Below, piece after piece: positions 22,401-30,074 of a DNA stretch of 64,000 nucleotides. The notes below the pieces were generated by a model. The model saw only the letters and a list, made by a program, of their open reading frames with translations. It made no database searches and had not been told where the DNA came from. Source of the stretch: Acinetobacter phage VB_ApiP_XC38; the sequence record MN508356.1. One strand, written 5' to 3'. The translations under genes were made by a program, and so were the position numbers. Each line of letters begins with the position of its first letter. Position 1 is the first letter of the stretch.

Positions 22401-25400
22401 CCTAGAAGTGAACTACTTCAATGAAGTAGATGCTCCATCTAATGTTGTTGGTTTAGAGGAAGCTGTTAAGAACAATAACCCTGCTTGGTACACAACTGGC
22501 AAGAATGGTAACCCACAGATTAATATCTTACGTGGTGATAAGCCTATTCGCGCACAGGTTCTCGTACATGAGCTAGTTCATGCTATTACAGTAGAATCTA
22601 TTGCCCAAGTACGTAAAGAGCCTATAGCGCACGCTAAGGCTGCAGAATCGCTATCTAAACTAGATGCTTTGTATGAAGACATAAAAGCTAAGGTTAAAGC
22701 TGATCCTAACGCTACTGACTTGATGAAGTACGCTACTCAGAACGTAGAAGAGTTTATTGCTACTGGTTTCTCATACCCTGAGTTTGTTAACTACTTAGAT
22801 AGTCAATTAGCTCCTAAAGCTGCTCGTGGTAAGAATCGTATCGTTACTGCATTACGTGCATTCGTAGACTCTATTATGGGTGTATTAGAAAGCTTTACTG
22901 GTCGTAAGTATTCATCTAAAGATGCAACTGCACTAGAAGCATTGATTTTGGATACTACTGAATTCTTAGGTCGTGCTCCTGTACAGACTACTGGTACTCA
23001 AGCAACTATCTTTGGTGCTCCAGAACAAGCTCGTAGCAAAGTAGCTACGTTTACTTCTCGTCAAGTATTTGATGCATTGGACTCTAACTTAGATCCTAAG
23101 TTTAAGCTTCACTTGCAATCAATGATGACTCATGTGTCTGACACTATTTATGGTGGTTTGAATGATCAACTAACAAGTAACCCTGATGGTACATGGTCAC
23201 CTGAACGTGCATGGGAAGAGTACTTAGAGAAAGGAAGTTTAGATACTACTGAGTCTTCTACTACTGCAGGTTTCCGTATGACTGAACAAGAGACTTTCGC
23301 TGTTGAGTCTTTATATGCTGCTCTTGTAGCCGGGTTGAAAGATAAGTCTATGTCTCAAGTTTATGCTGAGCTTAACAAGTCATTTAATGCTGCAGCTAAA
23401 AAGCTTAAACCAGAAAACTTCTATGAAGGTGATTGGGCTACTGCTTCTCGTGAAGATAAGCGTGATGCTCAAGACATGTATGACTTCATCTTTAAGTACG
23501 GCCCTGAGAACAAAGAACCATTAGCTCGCTTTACTGCTATGGCTATTGGCTCTGAACAGTTCAATAAGTTACTTGGCTTCTCTGCTAAAGACGAAGCTTC
23601 TGGTACTACTGATACTTTTGAAAAGTTAGTTGAGCATACTAATACTGCTCTTGATTATGTAGGTGGTTTGATGACTAACTCATCCGCTAACCAACAGATT
23701 AAGAATCGTGTTGCTTTACTTGCTAAAGAATTAGCTCGTATTGATGCCAAGACTCGTGAGCAATCTATCAGTAAGGTTGAACAACAGTTAGAGAAGATCA
23801 CTGATTTTACAGATGGTTTATCTGACAAGTTACGTGACCAAGTAGTTAAATTAGCTAACCATGACAAGATTGCTAACTCTCGTTTCACTAGTGTTCGTTT
23901 AGCTTCTAACGTTACTCGCTTATCTGCTCGTGGTGATCTATGGACTACTCTTGATGTAGTTAAAGATCTTCATAACTTCCATAGCCCTAATGAGCGCTTA
24001 GGCATCATTGGTGAGATTGTGAATGAAGCAGGTAATAACGATGCTACTAAGAACAGTGTTGAAAAGCTTATGCGTATTACTAAGCTTAATAACCAGATGA
24101 AAGAGAACATTCGTGATACCACTACTAAGAACGTTATGTCTACGTTTGAAGAGAATGGTCAGTACTTAACTAAAGATGATAAGACTGCAATCACTACTAT
24201 GCTACGTGCTGATGTACAGTCATTGACTGGTAACTACAGTACTAAAGAGATCGCTGATCTTTACATGAATGAATCATTCTTGAATAAAGAAATTGCTGCT
24301 CTTGAGAAGCAAGTAAATGATTGGACTATGCTTAACCGTGCTAAGCAGTTAGGTAAGTACATGATTACAGGTTTGGGTTCTCCTGGTCTTGCTAAGAATG
24401 CTCAGCTTATTGTCTCTGGTTTCAGTGGTGAAGTTGTTGATATTCGTGATAAGCGTGTAGATCTTATTGATCGTGTAGCTACTCTCTACGCTATTCGTTA
24501 TACAGACTCTAAGACTAAAGGCAGACTTGCAGCTGTAATGAAACGTGAGCTTAAGAACAAGACTAACGGTATTGATACGTCTATCAAGTTCCATAAGGAA
24601 TTAGCTGACAATGCTAAGAAAGTTTTGTTTGCTGACAACATTACATCTGTAATGAAAGGCTATGTACCAGAGGTTACTAACCCTAACAAGGACGTACGTA
24701 TTGCTCATAATGAAGCAGAGACTAAGTTGCTTAAAGAACAGTTCTATACTGAAGTTAAAACTTTAGGTAAGGATAAGTCAGACCCGACTAAGTCTACTGC
24801 TCGTTTGTTCTATACAGAAGAAGCTAACTTACAGCGTTTGGTTTCTGGTGCTATTGAGATTGTATCTACTAACCGTAAAGGTACAGCAGTGTCTATGGAT
24901 TCTAAGGAGTTCAACAGAGCATTGGCAGCAGCTAAGCAAGTTCCTACTTCACCTAGCTATGACCCAATGGCAGACAAAGAAATCTATATGATTCCTTCGT
25001 ACGACACCAAGGGTAATGTAACTGGTTTCAACTATGAAATGTCTGCACATAACCGTGACACTTTACTTGAACGTAATAACGACTTTGCTGAGTTACTAGG
25101 TTCTTATGCAGCTACTAACTTTAACAAGGTTACAGTTCCTAACCAGAATGATGCAGTTATTGAAGCAGCTTATCAGGACTACAAAGATAACTTTGCTGAT
25201 AACCCACGTGCATACGTAACAGTAGGCCCTTCATCTAATGATGTAGGTTTACGTGAAGTATGGGCAATGCTTCCTGAGTCTAGCCGTAAGAAAGCTATTG
25301 CTACCTTTGGCCCGGATGGAATGGTAGTTCGTAACGATGTATTGCTTACTATGTTTGGATACCGTAAGTACTCAGCTAACCAATCTTTTGACAAGATGGA

Positions 25401-26385
25401 AGATGCTAAGTCTATGTTTGAAAAACTGTACACAGGTACTATGACTGAGATCTTTGGTTCTAAAGCTAAAGTTCGTGGTGTTCAGATAGAACGTAGTTGG
25501 CAAGAGTCTGTACGCTTGATGAAAGATATTATTGTTATTCGTAACGTTAAGACTTTGGTTTCTAACTTAATGTCTAACGCTATGTTGTTATCTGCTCACG
25601 GTATTAGTCCTTCTGATATTGTTAAAGATACAATGATGTCTATTCGTGCAGGTATGCAGTACCGTAAGGATATGGCTCGCTTAATGTCTTTACGTCAAAG
25701 ACAAAGAGCTGGTGTAGGTGACTTCAATGCTCAAGAGCAAGAAGCACTTAAGTTGGAAGATTCATTATCTCGTAACCCATTAGCAGGTTTTATTGAGGAA
25801 GGTATGATGCCTACAATCGTAGAAGATGTAGATCCATCTACTGACCATTACTCATATAAATCTAAGATGCAACAACGTATTGATGATCTTACTGAGAACG
25901 TACCTGCGTCTGTTAAGACTGCAGCTAAGTGGGCATTAGTATCTCCAGATACCCCGCTTTATAAGTTCTTGAACAACGCTACACAGATGTCAGACTTTAG
26001 TTCTAAGTATGTGATGTACAAGTACTACACTACTAAGGCTAAGGAAAAGCTAAGCCATGATGAAGCATTACAGATTGCTTCTGATAACTTTGTTAACTAT
26101 GACGTACCAACAGCTAAAGGCTTACAGTACTTAAACGATATGGGTATCGTAATGTTTACGAAGTATAACCTTCGTATTCAGAAAGCTTTATTCCAGTTAC
26201 TTAAGAAGCGTCCTGCTACTGCATTAGCTCAAGCTTTACTGGTTCACAGTTTCACTAACCTTGAAGCAGGTATTGATCCTATCGTTTGGAATCAGATTGG
26301 TAACCCACTCCGTAGTGGTGCTATGGGATTACCTTCTGCTCTAGATGAGCCATTACCTATCAAGATGATGACTAGCGTCTTCTGA
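16414..26385 (+). CDS. giant virion-encapsidated RNA polymerase (N4 gp50-like vRNAP)
   Basis: 3323-aa single ORF. T7-like RNAP motifs in the central region: A 'FESDGVTNGP' (~aa 1433), B 'KPIVTTSTYGAG' (~aa 1530), C 'NYHDADASA' (~aa 1796), with spacing similar to the N4 mini-vRNAP. Size and position are hallmarks of N4-like phages. Confidence 0.85.
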   Translation: MAGYKSLQVADALNRVTQQLTPQVTTGTLANSVYGRNTNAPDATAQTIQDLGQAQNYYNSIYSKTGSDYAQDAAVALGKGIVAVPQAAAGIVDLADAGVQALTGQEVQGGRFTKLLDDSGVRFKETQDILSGLYSDGTQRQLQGLAALPGMSTEQSLGQNLSSLGSTFGYVLDNPSLAVNTIIESLPQIAAGGVVGRGAAALGARSASGAIGEGVTMAGSAQANMDRNAEGYTTGNQALGAAAIGVLGGAVGLAGARFAGHQGAQDINNLAAGISAQTANKGFRSLGVGTATEAAEEAAQSSLENVITNISSGKDAIQGLNQDLVLGTLAGAGMGGVVNARSSVAGAALDAVQRAVEKQAERIKQAQPERSDTPTEELANTQSTAYNPTAAIVREAKSITSESTPEEIAAAKQRTDEVLNQAEESLANLQEMKVELEAEPVVLQNIQGAQAAIERFTASGEVEKAQRAQAILEQVLQPRLEKIQQIKEVASLDTIDGVLAERQAKVDEARDMHSKYSGLLNQVTENQTPSAQVFGAPQSFTAAQIESVIADPNTPELDKPVLRALADAVIAQNAVKDIDAVNQQVVGKKFDPNYRSTPQYMEQFAKAIQSGSVPAQVNLLREIKSFEQSHVQKAELVAQALEAAQTQGIRSQIIRTAQGQWTFNQGELLKGDEAKQNGAITVHPTPRGIAAMVKTNEYMQAEAQAITATRNAMEQMQSATGQTLPQQVQPEQPLSFDDAMDSYNLDARANYDFQPERRIEDPRTNTAPVSTDGIGSTEAAVPTRTQPTARTESGSDTTQVQTNNTGAANPVAEAERVASRSVSEDAATEVQTSVDEATKATNEEQVDEVVQPEVKTEAEPEAVSSAEKAEKNPERTAERKKEPKQRNLVIDGFNKRDTVLNRNPDFASRFLSRSSNIAAVESIVGEELTDKQKTAVNDFSKFAAYFDSKLDGLIGDKQLEYRFQDFNQFLLEDGKLPENVKTAVSAAMYSWLAENGSKTLNNEKDVAKLLLLNNVETVPTSVFNDFTAVGGHQQLIIASLGQKAMQALGLKVVSDVDPARKTKLESGLGALAMVSLVNAGYLERHTIKVVDFLKAQRMSNTELSDKEQSSLNKAILKAGNKEMSFLRPAVVDSAGTPATRVTKVIDSAKETKGIIQKMFGVQRDIKLPSLEPVTTTPNTFNRMGSQLPSYTKEMLEAAQKNGYKMSAPAMQFIDNVKREDLRELFGYVNPNADGSFDGMHKKFWEGQLAANQAVERAIDIIAEQRVNLGDDSKEFFFEHTSWTNTRSGYDAAFNLQANKMHRAVAGMSAHVVEVGFEPVMRDGQTTKFGEFLMAVAMSAEGVSDALGIQTVDKMSAESFLPKFQEYLARDYVQEGIEAMASILEGQGDKSDMAKVKSLVKEFDMGAMSVRALQALAQMHIAQRDGQRTFTSDIGFESDGVTNGPVITNVVLNTADADMLEAGGVFTDASKTNVPTNKELGTKDIYEQLGEVIKTAWVKYKANAKSYALASAKGLDSIYSAFGERKGAKPIVTTSTYGAGILSIKRANAREVLDAFYRGLEKAGKNNDMSAAQNLIDAVNQTIKFSNYEQGLRTPLAQVKGNLLELMLTPEQESALFYAADKQHGEAIKNTLDTAMADFNTVRDNLTKQAVSGFAVYDLIRNEAINEALKDTTDVIVDSKGNRQEGLTSDQMKKVLKSIERYTPSVVSGMGNMSTNKKQSSIPLMKQNTVWDDTAMGDQQHVFKGMWQGVNKSKFTIRSSIKRDAVQNPGVSGLVLIIQSIDAMITHTTIGKIPSQNYHDADASAVGKGKEMARIQNEAFVDGVMNTHVNREFVRALLNPLSIALDNPAFAKANKAALQEASTDLVKSVKDAYARDDAKLVNMLTWKNVNQYGTQGGHFVMTNAKRKQIVDARDQLKKDLAKDLALATKIVDAVSDKAKPTTIEGKLIADGTMKGSELVPMLQAELKQFQGKSGDTGKFSQFYDSMLDLITKQLPSNLEVNYFNEVDAPSNVVGLEEAVKNNNPAWYTTGKNGNPQINILRGDKPIRAQVLVHELVHAITVESIAQVRKEPIAHAKAAESLSKLDALYEDIKAKVKADPNATDLMKYATQNVEEFIATGFSYPEFVNYLDSQLAPKAARGKNRIVTALRAFVDSIMGVLESFTGRKYSSKDATALEALILDTTEFLGRAPVQTTGTQATIFGAPEQARSKVATFTSRQVFDALDSNLDPKFKLHLQSMMTHVSDTIYGGLNDQLTSNPDGTWSPERAWEEYLEKGSLDTTESSTTAGFRMTEQETFAVESLYAALVAGLKDKSMSQVYAELNKSFNAAAKKLKPENFYEGDWATASREDKRDAQDMYDFIFKYGPENKEPLARFTAMAIGSEQFNKLLGFSAKDEASGTTDTFEKLVEHTNTALDYVGGLMTNSSANQQIKNRVALLAKELARIDAKTREQSISKVEQQLEKITDFTDGLSDKLRDQVVKLANHDKIANSRFTSVRLASNVTRLSARGDLWTTLDVVKDLHNFHSPNERLGIIGEIVNEAGNNDATKNSVEKLMRITKLNNQMKENIRDTTTKNVMSTFEENGQYLTKDDKTAITTMLRADVQSLTGNYSTKEIADLYMNESFLNKEIAALEKQVNDWTMLNRAKQLGKYMITGLGSPGLAKNAQLIVSGFSGEVVDIRDKRVDLIDRVATLYAIRYTDSKTKGRLAAVMKRELKNKTNGIDTSIKFHKELADNAKKVLFADNITSVMKGYVPEVTNPNKDVRIAHNEAETKLLKEQFYTEVKTLGKDKSDPTKSTARLFYTEEANLQRLVSGAIEIVSTNRKGTAVSMDSKEFNRALAAAKQVPTSPSYDPMADKEIYMIPSYDTKGNVTGFNYEMSAHNRDTLLERNNDFAELLGSYAATNFNKVTVPNQNDAVIEAAYQDYKDNFADNPRAYVTVGPSSNDVGLREVWAMLPESSRKKAIATFGPDGMVVRNDVLLTMFGYRKYSANQSFDKMEDAKSMFEKLYTGTMTEIFGSKAKVRGVQIERSWQESVRLMKDIIVIRNVKTLVSNLMSNAMLLSAHGISPSDIVKDTMMSIRAGMQYRKDMARLMSLRQRQRAGVGDFNAQEQEALKLEDSLSRNPLAGFIEEGMMPTIVEDVDPSTDHYSYKSKMQQRIDDLTENVPASVKTAAKWALVSPDTPLYKFLNNATQMSDFSSKYVMYKYYTTKAKEKLSHDEALQIASDNFVNYDVPTAKGLQYLNDMGIVMFTKYNLRIQKALFQLLKKRPATALAQALLVHSFTNLEAGIDPIVWNQIGNPLRSGAMGLPSALDEPLPIKMMTSVF

Positions 26386-26389
26386 CATT

Positions 26390-26422
26390 AAAAAGCCCCT
26401 CAGTAGAGGGGCTATTCTTTTT
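26390..26422. terminator. bidirectional rho-independent terminator between convergent genes
   Basis: A-run, hairpin 'gcccctc-agta-gaggggc', then TATTCTTTTT. vRNAP (+) and the 82-aa ORF (−) converge here. Confidence 0.7.
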
Positions 26423-26429
26423 GTGCTAC

Positions 26430-26678
26430 CTAAGTAGCGATATCAAGCTGTACATCAACACCAGAGCTAAGCTCACTAATAGTCTTTCCATGTTTACTAT
26501 TTCCTAAGTGCTTGCGTGGATTACCGCACATATCACAGGAACATCGAGTAGGAGTTTCAGCATGAATGCCTATGGCTTTCTCACTTGCTTTCCAATCATT
26601 GTCCTTAAACTGTTTTGCAGCTAATTGCTTCTTGCGTTTAGCTTGACGGATACGATATTCACGACCACGTTGATTCAT
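26430..26678 (-). CDS. hypothetical basic protein with Cys cluster
   Basis: 82 aa. 'RCSCDMCGNPRKH' suggests possible metal binding. K/R-rich N-terminus. Confidence 0.4.
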   Translation of the reverse strand: MNQRGREYRIRQAKRKKQLAAKQFKDNDWKASEKAIGIHAETPTRCSCDMCGNPRKHLGNSKHGKTISELSSGVDVQLDIAT

Positions 26679-26688
26679 TGGTACATCC

Positions 26689-27075
26689 TTATTTGATACG
26701 TTTCATTTTGCGTAAGAAGTTTTCTAACGGCTTACACCATACTAAATCATTCTCACCTCTGTATACAACAGTAGGTGGATATTCAGGTCTAGTAGAGTGC
26801 TCATTAGCAATAGCCATAATGGTATAGATATTACCGTTGATATGTTGGTACAGCTGTCCGTGTTTTGGGTAGTAGTATTGAGCTACCTTACGGACTGCTT
26901 CTTTAAGAGACTTGGTTCCATCAATACCTGATGCACGACCTATAAGATCCTTAATACTGATATTGAAGTTAACACCGTCAAAGTTAATATCAATTAGATT
27001 ATCTGGTGTTTTAAAAGAAGCTATCTGACCCTTATACATTGGTGCGAGTACTGCACGTATTTCATCTGGTGTCAT
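26689..27075 (-). CDS. hypothetical protein
   Basis: 128-aa ORF, coding-like composition. Confidence 0.45.
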   Translation of the reverse strand: MTPDEIRAVLAPMYKGQIASFKTPDNLIDINFDGVNFNISIKDLIGRASGIDGTKSLKEAVRKVAQYYYPKHGQLYQHINGNIYTIMAIANEHSTRPEYPPTVVYRGENDLVWCKPLENFLRKMKRIK

Positions 27076-27097
27076 GGTTTAATCCTTAACAAAAAAT

Positions 27098-27121
27098 AGC
27101 CACCTATTCAGGTGGCTTTTT
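27098..27121. terminator. bidirectional hairpin terminator overlapping stop of the small membrane protein gene
   Basis: AAAAAAT then 'agccacc-tattca-ggtggct' then TTTTT. The TAG of the 27104..27286 gene lies in the stem. Confidence 0.55.
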
Positions 27122-27286
27122 CTTTAGTTTATTAAAGGCTCTTGCTGCATAGACAATTGCCCAACATAAACCAATGAATGCAGCAATGATTGCTACAACT
27201 TGGAATACAAGGACTAATGCACTAACTACAGTAAAAGCCATACATACTGCAGCTACTATGCCGCAAAGCCAATAAACAATACGCAT
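27104..27286 (-). CDS. small two-TM membrane protein (class II holin-like topology)
   Basis: 60 aa with two hydrophobic helices and a charged C-terminus 'RAFNKLKKKPPE'. Confidence 0.45.
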   Translation of the reverse strand: MRIVYWLCGIVAAVCMAFTVVSALVLVFQVVAIIAAFIGLCWAIVYAARAFNKLKKKPPE

Positions 27287-27720
27287 TAGAACAATGAAGT
27301 ACGTAACTGTTCAGGAGATGGAACATCACTGTTTGCAGCAGGTTCTGCTACCATAGTTTTGATTTCATCAACGCTAGGCATTACATCTTCAACAGTAGAA
27401 GGTTCTACTTGACCAGGTTCTTCAGCTTGTGGCTCTGGCTCAGGTTCTGGCTCCACAGGAGCTGTTACTTGAGGTTCATGAACTTCAGCCTTAACTACAT
27501 CAGTAGGAGTGCCATTTACAACACTTGCAGTATCAACAGATTCCTCTGTTACTTTGAGAGTTGCACGGATGCCTGTTTGTGGTGAGTTAATGAACTTAAC
27601 TTCTTCCAGTTCTGCATCAGAGATTACTTGACCGTGTTTAGCAAGTAAGTCACGTACAGCTTCTAATAAGTCGCTACGATCTAACTCGATATCGATTTGT
27701 TTCTTAAACTTGATTTGCAT
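27286..27720 (-). CDS. hypothetical acidic protein with PEPEPEPEP tract
   Basis: 144 aa. '(PE)n' repeat and acidic C-terminal half. Confidence 0.45.
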   Translation of the reverse strand: MQIKFKKQIDIELDRSDLLEAVRDLLAKHGQVISDAELEEVKFINSPQTGIRATLKVTEESVDTASVVNGTPTDVVKAEVHEPQVTAPVEPEPEPEPQAEEPGQVEPSTVEDVMPSVDEIKTMVAEPAANSDVPSPEQLRTSLF

Positions 27721-28279
27721 TTTTGTATTCCGAAATTAGCTGCTTGAACTCTTTGGTTTGAGCTGCAGCGTAGATTGATACGATGGCATCTGCCATGTGT
27801 TCAGCTTTGCTGATATTTACTTTACCTTGATGCATAGGCCAAGGTGCTTCTGGATGTCTAGCTACACACCATCGTACGACATCCCCTTTGGTGGCTTTAG
27901 GGTCACCGATAATCTTCTTCACGGATTGGGGAGTTACATATACGAAGTGGTCTTCTTTGACTGAACCAAGTACACCCATACAGATGCCTTGGCCTTTTGC
28001 TGCAGATGCGTTCTGACTACCATACGGTACTTCAACAGTTACAATGTCTGCACCATCGATAGCATTACGCACACCTTCACATAGCAGTTCAGCAGACTCA
28101 ATATCTAGCTGACTTTTACGTTTGGTATGATCCTCTTTGATACCTGTGAGAATCACACGCATGTCAATGATCTTTAGATCACCTGTGGCTAATGAGACAT
28201 TACCAATGGCAATGCCCCAGTTACGCCAAGAAGGATCACACCCTACAATTTTAAGTGAGGTCTTCATCTTCCGGTACAC
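27704..28279 (-). CDS. RuvC-like Holliday junction resolvase / RNase H-fold endonuclease
   Basis: 'LKIVGCDPSWRNWGIAIG' resembles the RuvC N-terminal 'LGIDPGSRVTGYGV'. 'VEVPYGSQNASAAKGQG' resembles RuvC '[20 protein letters not shown]'. 'EHMADAIVSIYAA' resembles 'DAADALAIAITHC'. Confidence 0.55.
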   Translation of the reverse strand: MYRKMKTSLKIVGCDPSWRNWGIAIGNVSLATGDLKIIDMRVILTGIKEDHTKRKSQLDIESAELLCEGVRNAIDGADIVTVEVPYGSQNASAAKGQGICMGVLGSVKEDHFVYVTPQSVKKIIGDPKATKGDVVRWCVARHPEAPWPMHQGKVNISKAEHMADAIVSIYAAAQTKEFKQLISEYKNANQV

Positions 28280-28607
28280 CCTTAATAGGGAATGTATCTA
28301 AACGCTCAAGCGCATAGTTTAAACCTGCTAAGAAGCCTGCTTTGTGATCTTCGTTACCATCGATAACGATATCTTTACCTTCAGAATCAACTTCACCTGT
28401 AGGAATATCAATACCCACATCAGCAGGCATTTGAAGCTTGTGATGCAGGTCTTGAACAAGGCCAGCATGCCATGCAGTAACTAAGTTACCCATCTTTTGC
28501 ACATCATCAAGATAGATAGCATTGGGACTTACATCCATTGCTTTCAGATCTTTTTCTGTAGGCATTTTACGTGCAAACGGGATTACTTTGTTTTCAGATT
28601 CAGACAT
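28251..28607 (-). CDS. hypothetical protein (start reassigned to ATG at 28607)
   Basis: ORF track 28251..28673. AAGGAA RBS sits 6 nt before the ATG at 28607 (MSESENK...), which removes a 74-nt overlap. Confidence 0.4.
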   Translation of the reverse strand: MSESENKVIPFARKMPTEKDLKAMDVSPNAIYLDDVQKMGNLVTAWHAGLVQDLHHKLQMPADVGIDIPTGEVDSEGKDIVIDGNEDHKAGFLAGLNYALERLDTFPIKGVPEDEDLT

Positions 28608-28785
28608 CTTGTTTTCCTTGTACCATGATTGGACGACCTTCACGCTTAGCAGCATCAAGGAGTTCTGCAGCACGTAAACGTGCTAATTCAGCTTCGTAGT
28701 GATACTTACGAGCCAATGCGTTTGACTTAGCGTCCAAGTCTTTAGCCGGAACGAAGTCAATAAGTTTAGCTTGTTTATAAGCCAT
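28600..28785 (-). CDS. hypothetical small protein
   Basis: 61 aa. AGGAAT RBS 'aggaattaaaccATG'. Immediately downstream of a UUCG-tetraloop hairpin. Confidence 0.4.
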   Translation of the reverse strand: MAYKQAKLIDFVPAKDLDAKSNALARKYHYEAELARLRAAELLDAAKREGRPIMVQGKQDV

Positions 28786-28805
28786 GGTTTAATTCCTTGA
28801 ATGGT

Positions 28806-28821
28806 AGGGGCCGAAGCCCCT
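28806..28821 (-). other. stable RNA hairpin (UUCG tetraloop on − strand transcript) 3' of the SSB-candidate gene
   Basis: 'aggggc-cgaa-gcccct' (+ strand); the − strand loop is 'ttcg'. No T-run after it. Confidence 0.45.
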
Positions 28822-28827
28822 AGTTAA

Positions 28828-29532
28828 TTAGAACAAGCCAGATGGAGTTGCAGGAGCTGCACCTACAGACTTCTGATTAGCAGAGGCAGTACCTTTAACT
28901 TCTACAGCTTTAAGTTTGCCTTTGTTGCTCTTTAACCAACCATCAAGAGCAGAAGCTTCAGCACCATCACGTAGTTCAACTACTGATTGACGAGTGTCAG
29001 GGTGGTAAGCTTTGTTGATTGAGTTTTTAACACGAACTTCACCAGTGAACTCACGAGTGTTAGTTTCTTTGTTGTAGTTGGTCTTTTCATATTCTTCTTC
29101 AGTAATACCGAGAAGAACACGTTTACCCATCATTGGAATGATTGCAGGTACGTCTTGAGGAAGCTCTTTCTTAGCATCCCAGTCATACAGCTTAACTGTA
29201 CGAGTTTCAACTTCACCTGCTAATTCAAACAAGCCTTTGCCTGTAGTTAACAATGCAATGTTGTTTACCAATTGGAAACCTGGAAGGTAATGTTGCTTAC
29301 CATCTTTTTCGTAGGTGTTACCACCATTTTTGTTACTGATGTAGATCTGTTCGCTGTAGTCTTTACCGTTGTCCAATTTGAACATTAGTGTAACGAAGCG
29401 AGCACCTGAAGCTGCTGCACCTGCAAATGCCATAGTTAATACGCCAGGATATGCGTCTGTATCTAATGTGCGTTTGCTATAATCTTGTTCTTGCTCAACT
29501 GTACCAGTAGCGCCTGTACCAAATAATGACAT
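28828..29532 (-). CDS. candidate N4-type single-stranded DNA-binding protein (by position after the primase and gp44-like genes)
   Basis: 234 aa. Gene order primase > P-loop ATPase > this ORF mirrors N4 gp43-gp44-gp45 (SSB). No OB-fold motif recognisable by eye. Confidence 0.35.
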   Translation of the reverse strand: MSLFGTGATGTVEQEQDYSKRTLDTDAYPGVLTMAFAGAAASGARFVTLMFKLDNGKDYSEQIYISNKNGGNTYEKDGKQHYLPGFQLVNNIALLTTGKGLFELAGEVETRTVKLYDWDAKKELPQDVPAIIPMMGKRVLLGITEEEYEKTNYNKETNTREFTGEVRVKNSINKAYHPDTRQSVVELRDGAEASALDGWLKSNKGKLKAVEVKGTASANQKSVGAAPATPSGLF

Positions 29533-29543
29533 GATTGTAATTC

Positions 29544-30074
29544 CTATTTAATACTTCCATGGTTTTCATGGAAGCCTAATTCAAGTGATTTTGCCTTTCG
29601 TTCCTCGACTGCTTTGTCAGGATCATCGAAAGACTTCTGATAAACCTTCTTACCATTTAAGGTAATTTCGGCTACGTATTTACCCGTACGTTCGTTATAC
29701 CAAATGCCATGCTCACCAACTTTGGTGTCTGGTCTTCTAGACCTGTTACGCGCATTCTCTGCTTTGGTTACTTCACGTAGGTTTGTCCAACTGTTATTGC
29801 TTCGATTCTGGTCTATGTGATCTACTTCACCAGTAGGCCATTTGCCTGTTTTAATAAACCAGATTAAGCGATGCTCAGCATAGGACTTTCCAAACAAGGA
29901 CACCTGACGGTATCCAGTTCGCTTAATTACACACCCAGCACGGCTACCCGGAACAACAGACTTACTGTGTTGATTACCAAGCCAAGTAAGATGTCCAGAA
30001 AGATCATCATATTTTAATACCTTTGCTAAAAGCTCTTGAGTAAGTTCGTCTTTACTCTTCTTTGTAAAAATCAT
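29544..30074 (-). CDS. HNH homing endonuclease with AP2-type DNA-binding domain (paralog 1 of 3)
   Basis: 'EHRLIWFIKTGKWPTGEVDHIDQNRSNNSWTNLREVTKAENARN' (HNH) plus 'GIWYNERTGKYVAEITLNGKKVYQKSFDDPDKAVEER' (AP2-like). Confidence 0.75.
   Translation of the reverse strand: MIFTKKSKDELTQELLAKVLKYDDLSGHLTWLGNQHSKSVVPGSRAGCVIKRTGYRQVSLFGKSYAEHRLIWFIKTGKWPTGEVDHIDQNRSNNSWTNLREVTKAENARNRSRRPDTKVGEHGIWYNERTGKYVAEITLNGKKVYQKSFDDPDKAVEERKAKSLELGFHENHGSIK

Noticed and set aside
16414-26385. The 3323-aa ORF could be a T7 gp16-like internal core or tape-measure-type protein instead of an RNA polymerase.
   Set aside because: Clear T7-like RNAP motifs A, B and C ('FESDGVTNG', 'KPIVTTSTYGAG', 'YHDADAS') with appropriate spacing. 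Size and context fit an N4-type vRNAP.
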